Shown here one piece after another: positions 47,259 through 56,296 of a stretch of 64,000 nucleotides of DNA (its first letter is position 1; every line of letters begins with the position of its first letter). Under the pieces are notes generated by a model. That model did no database searches, was not told the DNA's origin, and saw nothing but the letters and a program-made list of their open reading frames with translations. This DNA comes from a virus. A program made the translations under genes and the position numbers. The stretch lies in the IMG/VR virus record IMGVR_UViG_3300035703_000046, positions 27,315-91,314 of that record. One strand, written 5' to 3'.

Positions 47259-47707
47259 TTTTCTTCAACTTTAGAACGCCAATTTCCTTTGGCTTTAATA
47301 ACAATTCTATCAGAATGTTGAATATATAATTCATCAAAAACTTTGCTAAGCCAATGTTTAAAATAAGAAAGATTTGCCTTACTCCAAGCTGAGACATGAA
47401 GCGCAGGTATGTCATTCAACATAGTTATGCTTCCAAAATCTACCTCTACCCAAGCATTGTGATTATCAATTATAACATAAACAACGTGACGACATTCACT
47501 CTTAGTAGTAAGATCTTTTTGAGGAGTAACAATATTTAATTCTTTTTGATGAAGAATTATTCTTGAAGCTTGATTCCTATCATCCCAAGATAAAAATTTA
47601 ATCTCTTTTTTGCCATCTATGACTAGATCTTTTTTATCTTTCTTGGGCTTTTCTTTAAAATCTGAAAAGATACCCTTTTTAATATTTTTAAGAATGCTAT
47701 CTTTCAT
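47255..47707 (-). CDS. Hypothetical protein
   Basis: 150-aa ORF. Confidence 0.55.
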   Translation of the reverse strand: MKDSILKNIKKGIFSDFKEKPKKDKKDLVIDGKKEIKFLSWDDRNQASRIILHQKELNIVTPQKDLTTKSECRHVVYVIIDNHNAWVEVDFGSITMLNDIPALHVSAWSKANLSYFKHWLSKVFDELYIQHSDRIVIKAKGNWRSKVEEK

Positions 47708-47710
47708 TTT

Positions 47711-48082
47711 TCAAGCCAAGCAATCTTCATTTTTCAATTTTTCAATAAAGGCATCATACATATCTAGGCACTTATCAAAAATAAATCTATCGGCAGGATT
47801 GTCAGAAGCAGAAGGAATTTTATCTATTTCACCTTCCTTAAACCAATCGCCTGCGATTACATTGCAATCTTCATCAAACGTAAGCACAAAACAATCTTTC
47901 TGCATTTCTTCTGGCATATAGAACGCTTCTAAATCATAAGCATAACTGACAGAATCTACTTTGCCAGGTTTTTGAACAGTAGAAATAATAACAGATGTTA
48001 AAATTTGATTCTTTCTACGATTCATCATGTGGCGAACCGGGGTGCGTACAAAATCTTCTGTAAATTTAGGAGTATAAGTCAT
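47711..48082 (-). CDS. Hypothetical protein
   Basis: 123-aa ORF with GAGG SD. Confidence 0.6.
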   Translation of the reverse strand: MTYTPKFTEDFVRTPVRHMMNRRKNQILTSVIISTVQKPGKVDSVSYAYDLEAFYMPEEMQKDCFVLTFDEDCNVIAGDWFKEGEIDKIPSASDNPADRFIFDKCLDMYDAFIEKLKNEDCLA

Positions 48083-49053
48083 GAATTACCTCGTTGAACT
48101 TTTTCATTGCTAACATATTGGCGCATACAAGATTCTAAATTAATATCTGAAAATATAAATCCTTCATTTTCAATCTTTGAACAATCTAAAATGCAATTTG
48201 ATCTTGTTGCAGTTGTCAAAGAGCCCAACCCAGATAAACTCAAAGATTCAAACTGATGCCCTGAATTATGTTTTGCATATTCTTTAACTATATTATATGC
48301 AGTCAAGGGTTTCTTGTGAGCTAGATTATAAATTCCAACTCTATTATTGTCAATTGCCCATTTGCAAGCCCTTAACACATCCACAGTAAAAGTCATAGAA
48401 TTAGGCTCTTGAATGATTTTTTTGTATCCCAAGAGTTTAGTAATTAAATTTCTAGGATTTGGCATTGGAGAAATAGGCATTCTTATCCTAAAGACAGTTA
48501 CATTATCGTATCCAGATAGCGCCAAATCTGCAGCATATTTAACTTTTGAATAAAAGGATTTAGGATTTGAATAGTCCGTTTCTTTCCATCCTGGCTCATA
48601 CATGCATCCAATACTGCTAGGCGATGCGCCATAATTTATACAACCACTTCCGATATGGACTAAATGAATAAATTTTTTGCTGCAAATTTGAGCAAGTAGC
48701 GTTGGAAAAGTCAAATTGGCTTCTACTGTTTCATCTTGATGAGTTTCGCACCAGTCAACATTAGGTTTGCCAGTTTTACCAACGCAATTAATAATTACAT
48801 TGGGCTGATATCTATTGATAAGTTCGTTAATAGAATCATAATTAACAGGAATTTTATCAAAATGTTGAGCTACTTTATCGTCTGTAGATGAAAGTAAAGG
48901 AACTTGAATTAATGAATCAATGTATTCAGGAGGCGATGAGTCGCTTGCCTTAACCAAGGAATCAGGATCAAAATTATATAAATATGGAGAATAACTTCTA
49001 GAAAATTCAGAAGCTATAAAACCATTGCCCAATATAAGTATTTTTTTATTCAT
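48079..49053 (-). CDS. NDP-sugar epimerase/reductase (RmlD-like, NRS/ER-type rhamnose synthesis)
   Basis: ILGNGFIA, NCVGKTGKPNVDWCETH, GSGCI, YSKVK, RIRMPIS, RSNC.LD. Confidence 0.85.
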   Translation of the reverse strand: MNKKILILGNGFIASEFSRSYSPYLYNFDPDSLVKASDSSPPEYIDSLIQVPLLSSTDDKVAQHFDKIPVNYDSINELINRYQPNVIINCVGKTGKPNVDWCETHQDETVEANLTFPTLLAQICSKKFIHLVHIGSGCINYGASPSSIGCMYEPGWKETDYSNPKSFYSKVKYAADLALSGYDNVTVFRIRMPISPMPNPRNLITKLLGYKKIIQEPNSMTFTVDVLRACKWAIDNNRVGIYNLAHKKPLTAYNIVKEYAKHNSGHQFESLSLSGLGSLTTATRSNCILDCSKIENEGFIFSDINLESCMRQYVSNEKVQRGNS

Positions 49054-49056
49054 CTT

Positions 49057-50505
49057 TTACTTCTTTGGATATTTGACGTAAAACAAATTTTCTTTAGATC
49101 TAGTTATTGCAACATACTTTAAATTCTTCTCTTCTTGAGAAGACTCATTGTATGTGTTAATAAACATATAGACATTCTTAGATTCTAAACCCTTCATTTG
49201 ATGAGTCGATCCTAGGGTTACAATAGAGCTGGGATCTTTAGAGGTAAATAAAGAGATAATATTAGATTTAACTTGGTCTACAGTATCGCAGCCTTCCATT
49301 AAAGCTTCAATACATTCGGCTTTATCAAGAACGTGGCTAGGATCTTTGCCTGACTCTAGCAACCTCGACATTTCTTTATTCTTCCATTTTGTCACATGAG
49401 CTTGAAGCTTATCGATTTTTTTAGCTTTAGAGGATTTGACCAAAGAACTTAAATTTTCTCCAATATCTCTGCCAAGAATTGCACATGGCGTCCTGGATTT
49501 AATAAGTTTCAAAGCCGTTCGGACAAGCGGGGCATTGGTTCTAGAAATAATATAAGAACCCAATGAAACATTGGCTAGTAGCTGCTCATACTCTCTCCAT
49601 GCAACTGTGCCGTCCGATGCCCCTGGAGCCATCTCTAGGGCAGGAACAAGACGCTGCGCCTCTGTAACCACGCTGCGAGGACAGCGATAGGTGATCGGCA
49701 GCGGGAGCGCAGTTGCATTGAGTCTTTCCTTGAACTTGATAAACGCATTGGCGTCCGCATTTCTAAATAGATAGATTGCTTGATTTACATCACCAAAAAC
49801 AATGCAACGACCATTTTTATTATTTTTAGACTTTCTCTTACCTGAGTCAGCTTGCTTAATAAGCTTAAATACAAATTGAATTTGAGCAGGATTCAAGTCC
49901 TGGGCTTCATCCACAAAAACATTATCATACTGTTCCAGGGGAACATTTAACTTAATAGGAAAATAAATCATATCATCAAAATCAATAGATTTTGTTTGTT
50001 TAAGACTAGCGGCTAGTCCAAACATAATATGATTGATAAAAACATCGCGTGCCACATCGTCTGGAGGATCAATATCAAAACGATCTAGCAAGGAATCAAT
50101 TTCCTCAAAAGAATCAACTAATGAAGACTTGCAAAGAGATACTGCCTTACAAAGAAGATAAATTAGCTCATTCTTCTCTCTGCCATCTCCTAGAATCTTT
50201 TTATAAATCAAAGTCATTTTATCAGCTACTACGACTGATTTATATACTTTAGAAATATGCTTAAGACCAATGGAGTGCAAAGTTCCAGTGGTAATATGAT
50301 CAGGGACTCTAGATCTTAATTCGTCTGCAATCTTCTTATTGAAGGCAACGAAAATATTTTTCTCACTAGTAGAAATGTATTTTAGCGATTCAATGGCTGT
50401 AGAGGTTTTTCCACTCCCTGCCAAAGCTTCTACGATGAGATTATCTGAATTATTCTTAACAAAATTAAAAATATCTTGTTGGTATTTTGACCAATTCCTA
50501 ACCAT
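49057..50505 (-). CDS. UvrD/Rep-like SF1 helicase
   Basis: EALAGSGKTS, AFNK, VDEAQD, GD..QAIY.FR, YRCP, RTN, H..KGLE, YVAITR. Confidence 0.93.
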   Translation of the reverse strand: MVRNWSKYQQDIFNFVKNNSDNLIVEALAGSGKTSTAIESLKYISTSEKNIFVAFNKKIADELRSRVPDHITTGTLHSIGLKHISKVYKSVVVADKMTLIYKKILGDGREKNELIYLLCKAVSLCKSSLVDSFEEIDSLLDRFDIDPPDDVARDVFINHIMFGLAASLKQTKSIDFDDMIYFPIKLNVPLEQYDNVFVDEAQDLNPAQIQFVFKLIKQADSGKRKSKNNKNGRCIVFGDVNQAIYLFRNADANAFIKFKERLNATALPLPITYRCPRSVVTEAQRLVPALEMAPGASDGTVAWREYEQLLANVSLGSYIISRTNAPLVRTALKLIKSRTPCAILGRDIGENLSSLVKSSKAKKIDKLQAHVTKWKNKEMSRLLESGKDPSHVLDKAECIEALMEGCDTVDQVKSNIISLFTSKDPSSIVTLGSTHQMKGLESKNVYMFINTYNESSQEEKNLKYVAITRSKENLFYVKYPKK

Positions 50506-50537
50506 AAATTCCTTAATGAAAAAGAAGTTCGCTATTA

Positions 50538-50565
50538 AGCATAGCTCTGTCAGCTACCCCGTCAA
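50538..50565 (-). promoter_or_regulatory. Sigma70-type promoter for the helicase gene
   Basis: TTGACG-N16-TATGCT; the -35 overlaps the TGA of the upstream HAD gene. Confidence 0.6.
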
Positions 50566-51311
50566 GCCTTGAGTAATTCTAAAATAATTTCCCTGGTGAA
50601 GTCTGGATCGTTGGTGCTAATGCACTCTACGCCGGTAGAAACTACTGGATAGTCATTGCCCCCAGGAAATATAGCATCGCCCACGAACAGCATCTCGTCA
50701 ATCTGAAATTTTAAATATTCTTTTATTTTATAAATTCCATAAGCTTTATCGATGCCTTGTTTCGTGACATCAATAGATGTGGAACCTCCCGAACGAATTT
50801 CAAATTCAGGCAGTTCATTTTGCAAAATTTCAATCATTTGCAAACGTTTAACATGAGTTGGATCCCATTTTTTCTTTAAATCAGCAGGTGCTAATTGACC
50901 CAAGGCAGAAAAAGTAATTTGAGTATCTCGGTCCTCAATAATTTCTCCATGAAGAAACTTGCTGGGAACAACAAACCCAATTTTATCAAAAGTTAATTTA
51001 AAAGCATTTAAAATTTTATCTTTTTCTTCTTTAGATAATTTTTCAGAATATATTTCTTTCCATTCTTTATTATGAAATCTATAAAATGAAGTAGCACAAG
51101 TTGGAAACAAATATAATTTATAAAGCAAATCTTCTGGAACAGATAAATTATTTAAAAATTGTTTTTCAAATTGAGGAAAAGCTCCTCCAGAGATTATTGC
51201 AACAGAATACATTTGCAGTAATTTCTTTAAAACATTCGACATTGATTGTGACATTGGAGATTTAGACTCTGCTAAGGTGCCATCTAAATCAAAAACAATT
51301 AATTTTTTCAT
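50562..51311 (-). CDS. HAD-IIB hydrolase, phosphomannomutase (PMM)-like
   Basis: FDLDGTL, ISGG, EDRDTQITFSALG, GGSTSIDV..GIDK, GD.IFPGGNDYPV. Confidence 0.88.
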   Translation of the reverse strand: MKKLIVFDLDGTLAESKSPMSQSMSNVLKKLLQMYSVAIISGGAFPQFEKQFLNNLSVPEDLLYKLYLFPTCATSFYRFHNKEWKEIYSEKLSKEEKDKILNAFKLTFDKIGFVVPSKFLHGEIIEDRDTQITFSALGQLAPADLKKKWDPTHVKRLQMIEILQNELPEFEIRSGGSTSIDVTKQGIDKAYGIYKIKEYLKFQIDEMLFVGDAIFPGGNDYPVVSTGVECISTNDPDFTREIILELLKA

Positions 51312-51359
51312 AATGTTAAGTTATATAAGGTTTAATTATATAGCTAATTATTATAGGAT

Positions 51360-51914
51360 TTGACTATGCGCATATATTTTACAGGCTGTCACGCCTCAGG
51401 AAAATCAACCCTTGCTAGATTAGTTTCCAAAGAATATAATCTTCCATTTTTGAGTGAAGTTGCTAGAGCCGTTTTAGCTGAAAAAGAAATTTCTCTAGAA
51501 ACTTTAAGAGTTAACCTGGATGCTATTGACAATTATCAAACCGAAGTTTTTAATCGCCAAATCCAAGAAGAGAAAAAATACGAATCTTTTGTCTCAGATC
51601 GAAGCTTTGATAACTTAGCTTATATGGCTCAGCACGGAACCCAGTTACATAAACTGATTAATGATGACTCTTGTAAGAATTACATAGAATCATTAAGAAA
51701 AAAAGATGTTATCTTTTTCTTGGTCAAGCCTAGCAAAGCCACCATGAAAAATGATGGAATTCGTGAATCAGTTAATTGGGATCAGATGATCGCCATTGAC
51801 GCTAATGTTAAATTCATGTTTGAACTTTTTAACTTGAACTACATTCAAATTAACGCCGAATCAATGCAAGAACGAGTTAAATTGATTAGAAGCGTTTTGG
51901 CTTATGCAAAATAA
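51360..51914 (+). CDS. P-loop kinase (NadR/AAA_28-like)
   Basis: FTGCHASGKSTL, EVAR, SDRS.D.LAY, DGIR; ATG at 51366 is the likelier start. Confidence 0.8.
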   Translation: MTMRIYFTGCHASGKSTLARLVSKEYNLPFLSEVARAVLAEKEISLETLRVNLDAIDNYQTEVFNRQIQEEKKYESFVSDRSFDNLAYMAQHGTQLHKLINDDSCKNYIESLRKKDVIFFLVKPSKATMKNDGIRESVNWDQMIAIDANVKFMFELFNLNYIQINAESMQERVKLIRSVLAYAK

Positions 51915-52332
51915 AGTTATAAACTGCCATTCTTTTTAATGATGGTAATTTTTTAATTGTTGATTTAATTGTGTCAAAAGTATTTGAAGGAATAGAATCA
52001 ATTGGAAACCAGTCACAATCAGAGGACTCTGAATTTAATCTTGGTTTCCAAGATTTTTTATCTTCTAAACGAACAGAACAAACATAAATAATAATTTCTT
52101 TATCGTCTTCCTTGAAAGACTCCCTACTCAATTCGCGTCTCGATGGAAGCTCACCTACTTCTTCATTTGCTTCTCTTAAAGCTGCCTGTGAAAAAGACTC
52201 GTCTTTTTCTACGTGTCCACCTGGAATACACCATATTCCAGGACTGCTAACAGCCCTAGACCTTTTAATTAAAAAAACAGTATTATCTTCTGGACAATAG
52301 AGAAGAGTATTAGATACAATAGAGTGTTTCAT
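51886..52332 (-). CDS. NUDIX hydrolase
   Basis: Nudix box GGHVEKDESFSQAALREANEEVG. Confidence 0.92.
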   Translation of the reverse strand: MKHSIVSNTLLYCPEDNTVFLIKRSRAVSSPGIWCIPGGHVEKDESFSQAALREANEEVGELPSRRELSRESFKEDDKEIIIYVCSVRLEDKKSWKPRLNSESSDCDWFPIDSIPSNTFDTIKSTIKKLPSLKRMAVYNFILHKPKRF

Positions 52333-52352
52333 CCTATGAAAATGTGATATTA

Positions 52353-52823
52353 TTATCTTTTATTCAGAAGATTTTCTTTTTCTTCATGCATTAACTTGAG
52401 CTGACTTTGCAAAGAAACAATTTTTTCTTCAATAGTTTGTAAATATTTTTTATTATATTCTTCAAGCTCTTGGTGATAGTGCTCTAATGATTTTTTATAA
52501 TTCATTTGAGCATGTTCATATTGAGAATCGTTTATTTTTAAATAAATACAAAGATTATCAACAGATAACCCTCTATTGTTTGACCATTCAAACCGCAAAG
52601 AGATTTTTTCATCTGCTGCCATTTTAGATAACCAAGCAAAAAACTCTTCGGCATGTTTAAAATTAACAAGGTCTGAATCATAATCAGATCTGCTAACATA
52701 CTCATGCTCTTCAATAAATTTCTCAAGCAACTCGGATAATTCTGTATGGAACTCATCATTTTTTGATGGAGGTATTGGTTCTGATGGTTTTTTAACCATA
52801 TTTAAGGGCATTAACCTAATCAT
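52353..52823 (-). CDS. Hypothetical protein
   Basis: 156-aa ORF. Confidence 0.55.
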   Translation of the reverse strand: MIRLMPLNMVKKPSEPIPPSKNDEFHTELSELLEKFIEEHEYVSRSDYDSDLVNFKHAEEFFAWLSKMAADEKISLRFEWSNNRGLSVDNLCIYLKINDSQYEHAQMNYKKSLEHYHQELEEYNKKYLQTIEEKIVSLQSQLKLMHEEKENLLNKR

Positions 52824-53533
52824 GTTCCAGGTTGCCTTAAAACAGAAACTACACCTTCATGAGATGCTAGATCGGCAAACTCAGGATCTGACAATACATC
52901 TCTTAAATTCATTTTCTTACAGTCTATCAAACAATCTTGTTTCACTAATACGCAAATTTGAGAATAATCCGTATGATTTTTATCATGAGCTAGTGCCGAA
53001 GGCTGAATAACATACACTTCAGGAATTTTAGAGTCACAAGCATATCCTTTAATTCCTTTAAAAGATCCTGTCTTACTTTTGAAGTGCCAACCATAATTCA
53101 TAGCTTTAGATGAATTTTTCAGTTTATTACCAATACACCAATGTTTACCAACAGTGGCAATAATTTTGCCTTTGGTATCTTTACCCTTAAGTAAATTATC
53201 TATTTTCTCAGATTGCTCAATCATCGCCTGAGTACTACTAGTAATTTGTCTAGGTAGTGGCTCCAATTTAATATCAGCCTGATCAAATCTGAGATCGGCA
53301 AGCTTAGGAGTGAGAAGCATACAATCCAACATGTCAGCAATTTGTTGCTGCATGTCAGCGGATACATTTACCCTGATGCCTTCTACCTTGATAGCGTCAC
53401 CGCAAACATAAAACGTAGCATCATGCTTGCCATTGGAAGTTCTGATTGGCAACCATTCTACGTCATATTGTTTAATTTTTATTGAGTCTAAAATATATTT
53501 ATTTCTAGAAGATAAATCTACAGGAAAAGCCAT
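52820..53533 (-). CDS. Conserved-looking hypothetical, possible enzyme (GKHW, NYGWH, IQP..H..H.DYSQ)
   Basis: ATG at 53533 with AAGGAG SD preferred over the track start at 53572. Confidence 0.65.
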   Translation of the reverse strand: MAFPVDLSSRNKYILDSIKIKQYDVEWLPIRTSNGKHDATFYVCGDAIKVEGIRVNVSADMQQQIADMLDCMLLTPKLADLRFDQADIKLEPLPRQITSSTQAMIEQSEKIDNLLKGKDTKGKIIATVGKHWCIGNKLKNSSKAMNYGWHFKSKTGSFKGIKGYACDSKIPEVYVIQPSALAHDKNHTDYSQICVLVKQDCLIDCKKMNLRDVLSDPEFADLASHEGVVSVLRQPGT

Positions 53534-53543
53534 ATTAACTCCT

Positions 53544-53924
53544 TCAATCCCACCAAATTCTATACATTCCAATCATATCACTCATATTTGGTTGATATTT
53601 AAGAACGTCTTTTGTTATTTGATCATATTCATCACAACTTAAATCTTTTTGAGCTTGCTCATCAACTGGTACATCTAAATACAGACAAACGCTTCCTTCT
53701 CTTGCAAGCCAAATTTTTGAATCTTGAGGCAAGATAGATATTAATTCAGGTTTAAAAAAATTATATCCACCTTCAACTGCAAGCGACATAATTTCTTCAG
53801 CTTCTTTTACAGTTACAGGTCTAGAAGCTAGAAAATCTAGCTGTCGGCTTTCTTTGCTCAGACCGTTACAATCAGAATAAGCATTAATTGTTTCTTTTTT
53901 TACGATTTGATAATTGTTGTTCAC
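53544..53924 (-). CDS. Hypothetical protein
   Basis: 126-aa ORF with AREGSVCLY and C-terminal RIWWD. Confidence 0.6.
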   Translation of the reverse strand: MNNNYQIVKKETINAYSDCNGLSKESRQLDFLASRPVTVKEAEEIMSLAVEGGYNFFKPELISILPQDSKIWLAREGSVCLYLDVPVDEQAQKDLSCDEYDQITKDVLKYQPNMSDMIGMYRIWWD

Positions 53925-54003
53925 TTAATTTCCCCGAATAAATTGGCATAATATCAAGCGTAAGAGTAAGTTGAGGCAACCAAACTCTTAACAAGGCTTA
54001 TCC

Positions 54004-54750
54004 ATGAAAAAATTTCAAGGCGAAGTTTCTAGCGAATCGCTAGTTGACATACTTCAATTTTATATACTAAATCAATCTTGCGTACATGTTACTATATCTC
54101 ACAAAACATCTTTGGGCGAAATATGGATAAACAACGGCAAGATTGCTCATGCTACTACTGCTAAAAATTTTGGCTTAGATGCTTTCTATGAAATGCTTGG
54201 CTGGCAAGATGGAACATTTAAAATTAATTTAAACGATCTCCCAGATGTAGAATCCATTGATAAATCTTGGACCGAATTAATTCTGGAATATTACGTTCTG
54301 GTAGATGAAAACAAGGCTCCTAAATTTGAAGAGGAGTCTCCTGCAATTCAAGCTCCTCAACCTTTCAAGAGAACTAATTCAGCTTCTTTCAAAAGCATCA
54401 AAGATAAAATCAAAACCATCATGGATTTAGATGGCGTACTTGCGGCTTCCATCGTAGATATTACAACTGGAATGTCAATTGTTCAAGATTCTAAATCAAA
54501 TGTTGACGTAGAATCTTATTGCGCATACATGGTAGAAGTAGTTAAATCACATAAAAAATTCTTAGATAAACTCAATATTCAAGACAAAATTGAAGATATT
54601 GTTATTAATTTAAATAACAATTATCATATTGTTACTTTTGTTCTAAAACAAGATAACTTATTTATCTACGTTGTACTAGACAAAGAAAACAGCAATTTAG
54701 GAATGACTAGAATTGTTCTAGCCAAAATAGAAGAGGAATTAGATCTTTGA
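54004..54750 (+). CDS. DUF4388 (PATAN) domain fused to a Roadblock/LC7 (MglB-like) domain
   Basis: FQGEV....LVDILQ..GEIWINNGKIAHA....GLDAFYEMLGWQDGTF; C-terminal LDGVLAASIVDITTGM..IEDIVI..YHI..LFIYVVLD..NLGMTR. Confidence 0.85.
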   Translation: MKKFQGEVSSESLVDILQFYILNQSCVHVTISHKTSLGEIWINNGKIAHATTAKNFGLDAFYEMLGWQDGTFKINLNDLPDVESIDKSWTELILEYYVLVDENKAPKFEEESPAIQAPQPFKRTNSASFKSIKDKIKTIMDLDGVLAASIVDITTGMSIVQDSKSNVDVESYCAYMVEVVKSHKKFLDKLNIQDKIEDIVINLNNNYHIVTFVLKQDNLFIYVVLDKENSNLGMTRIVLAKIEEELDL

Positions 54751-54822
54751 GCCGTTTACGGGAGTTGCACCCGTGACCTCCTCATTACCAATGAGGTGCT
54801 CTGCTAACTGAGCTAAAACGAC
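54750..54822 (-). tRNA. trnT: tRNA-Thr(GGT), atypical, no encoded CCA
   Basis: Cloverleaf GTCGTTT-TA-GCTC AGTTAGCA GAGC-A-CCTCA TTGGTAA TGAGG-AGGTC-ACGGG TGCAACT CCCGT-AAACGGC-T, followed by CAA. Confidence 0.88.
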
Positions 54823-54834
54823 AAATGAGCAACG

Positions 54835-54871
54835 CTTGCAGAAAGTAACGTTAAATATTACTTTCTGCAAG
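54835..54871. repeat. 14-bp perfect inverted repeat just upstream of the tRNA
   Basis: CTTGCAGAAAGTAA-N9-TTACTTTCTGCAAG; no U-tract on either side. Confidence 0.8.
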
Positions 54872-54972
54872 AACTATATCAGATTAATATTTGTTTGCCC
54901 GATTTTATTTAATTTACGGACAAAAAATTTTCTTTTGTAAATTATATTCCATATTATTAGTTGTTTACAAAA

Positions 54973-55341
54973 TTATTTTGTAATAATATTAGAGGCGGCT
55001 TCTCGAACAGCTTTTGATTTATCATTTTTAGATATGTTAAATAACTTAAATTTAACAACAGAATCAAGATGATTAGTCAAACCGTAAATAGCTCCTTCTC
55101 GAACTACAGCATCCTCATGGCTTAATAAGGGAAAGAGAACTTTCTTAACTAAATTAATATCAGTGCATTTACCCATATATTCAGCTGCAAAAGTAAGATC
55201 TTCAGCGGGCAAAGATTCTTCTTCAATAATTTTTGCTAAAGACTCCGGATAAGAATCTGCAAGAAACTCAAACATATCCTCGCATGGCTTTTTCCATTTA
55301 GCAATTTTTTTACTTATTGATTTATCTAATGATTTAAACAT
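54973..55341 (-). CDS. HEAT-repeat protein
   Basis: LLSHEDAVVREGAIYGL..DKSKAVREAA. Confidence 0.8.
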   Translation of the reverse strand: MFKSLDKSISKKIAKWKKPCEDMFEFLADSYPESLAKIIEEESLPAEDLTFAAEYMGKCTDINLVKKVLFPLLSHEDAVVREGAIYGLTNHLDSVVKFKLFNISKNDKSKAVREAASNIITK

Positions 55342-55348
55342 ATTAACC

Positions 55349-55780
55349 TTACTGCTTAGAACATTTCTCTATGTTATTTGCCCTGTCTCTCATGTATCCG
55401 TAATTTTCTAGATACTGATCTCCCCATCTTAAAAAATGAGATTTAGCAATAGAAATATAACAAGTATTTGCTAATTGCTTAGCTGCCCAACAATCAACTT
55501 TTTTTTCATCAGAACCTTCAACATAATGACCGTATTCATGAACATAGTAAAAAACTGAAATCCCCGGATCATATTCCTCTAACTGTTTAGCAACTTTAGA
55601 GCACCAATAAATACCATTAGGTTTGGCAACTGCCAGATCTCCCTGGGTTTGACGACAATCTTCTTTCACTTTAATTTTGGATAAATTTTTGGGAGGGGTC
55701 CAAGAACCACAAGGAAGATTTGGAGTAAATTCATTTGAAAGCAATATACTAAAAATCAATAACATTGAATTCATTGTCAT
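55349..55780 (-). CDS. Small exported zincin-like protein (paralog 2)
   Basis: Hydrophobic N-terminus; YVHEYGHY..E..DCWAAK; six Cys. Confidence 0.7.
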   Translation of the reverse strand: MTMNSMLLIFSILLSNEFTPNLPCGSWTPPKNLSKIKVKEDCRQTQGDLAVAKPNGIYWCSKVAKQLEEYDPGISVFYYVHEYGHYVEGSDEKKVDCWAAKQLANTCYISIAKSHFLRWGDQYLENYGYMRDRANNIEKCSKQ

Positions 55781-56235
55781 TTAATGCTGCAATTATAAAT
55801 AAGTTTTGCCCGGTCTCTCATATAACCATATCCAGGTCTATACTCATCCCCATGCTTCATAAGATGGCTAATTATAATTGGAATATAACATGTATTACTT
55901 AATTCCTTTGCCGCCCAACAATCAGTAGCCATTTCATCTGTCCCATGAATATAATGACCATATTCATGCACATAGGCAAAATGTGTGACCCCAGGCGTTT
56001 CTTTTTCTAGCCTTGCAGCTACTTCGGAGCACCAGTAAATCCCATTGGTCATAGCTACTGCAACATCTCCCTCAGTGACTTTACAATCCTCATAAATAGG
56101 AATATTTTTCAAATTTCCATATGGAACCCACGGGTCACAAGAAAGACCTTCAGCATTAACGCTAGTGGTAAGCGTCAAACTAGAAAATGCAATAAAAGAA
56201 ATTAGAGATAATAGTGTTTTCACAGCTTTGACCAA
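55777..56235 (-). CDS. Small exported zincin-like protein (paralog 1)
   Basis: Signal peptide ending VNA; YVHEYGHY..E..DCWAAK; YGYMRDRA shared with the neighbour. Confidence 0.7.
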   Translation of the reverse strand: MVKAVKTLLSLISFIAFSSLTLTTSVNAEGLSCDPWVPYGNLKNIPIYEDCKVTEGDVAVAMTNGIYWCSEVAARLEKETPGVTHFAYVHEYGHYIHGTDEMATDCWAAKELSNTCYIPIIISHLMKHGDEYRPGYGYMRDRAKLIYNCSIK

Positions 56236-56254
56236 CGCTCTTCTTACATCAGAG

Positions 56255-56283
56255 ATGTTAGCTCAGGGGAGTTTTCTTGTCAA
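56255..56283 (-). promoter_or_regulatory. Sigma70-type promoter for the zincin pair
   Basis: TTGACA-N17-TAACAT. Confidence 0.65.
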
Positions 56284-56296
56284 GAGAAAAAATAAT

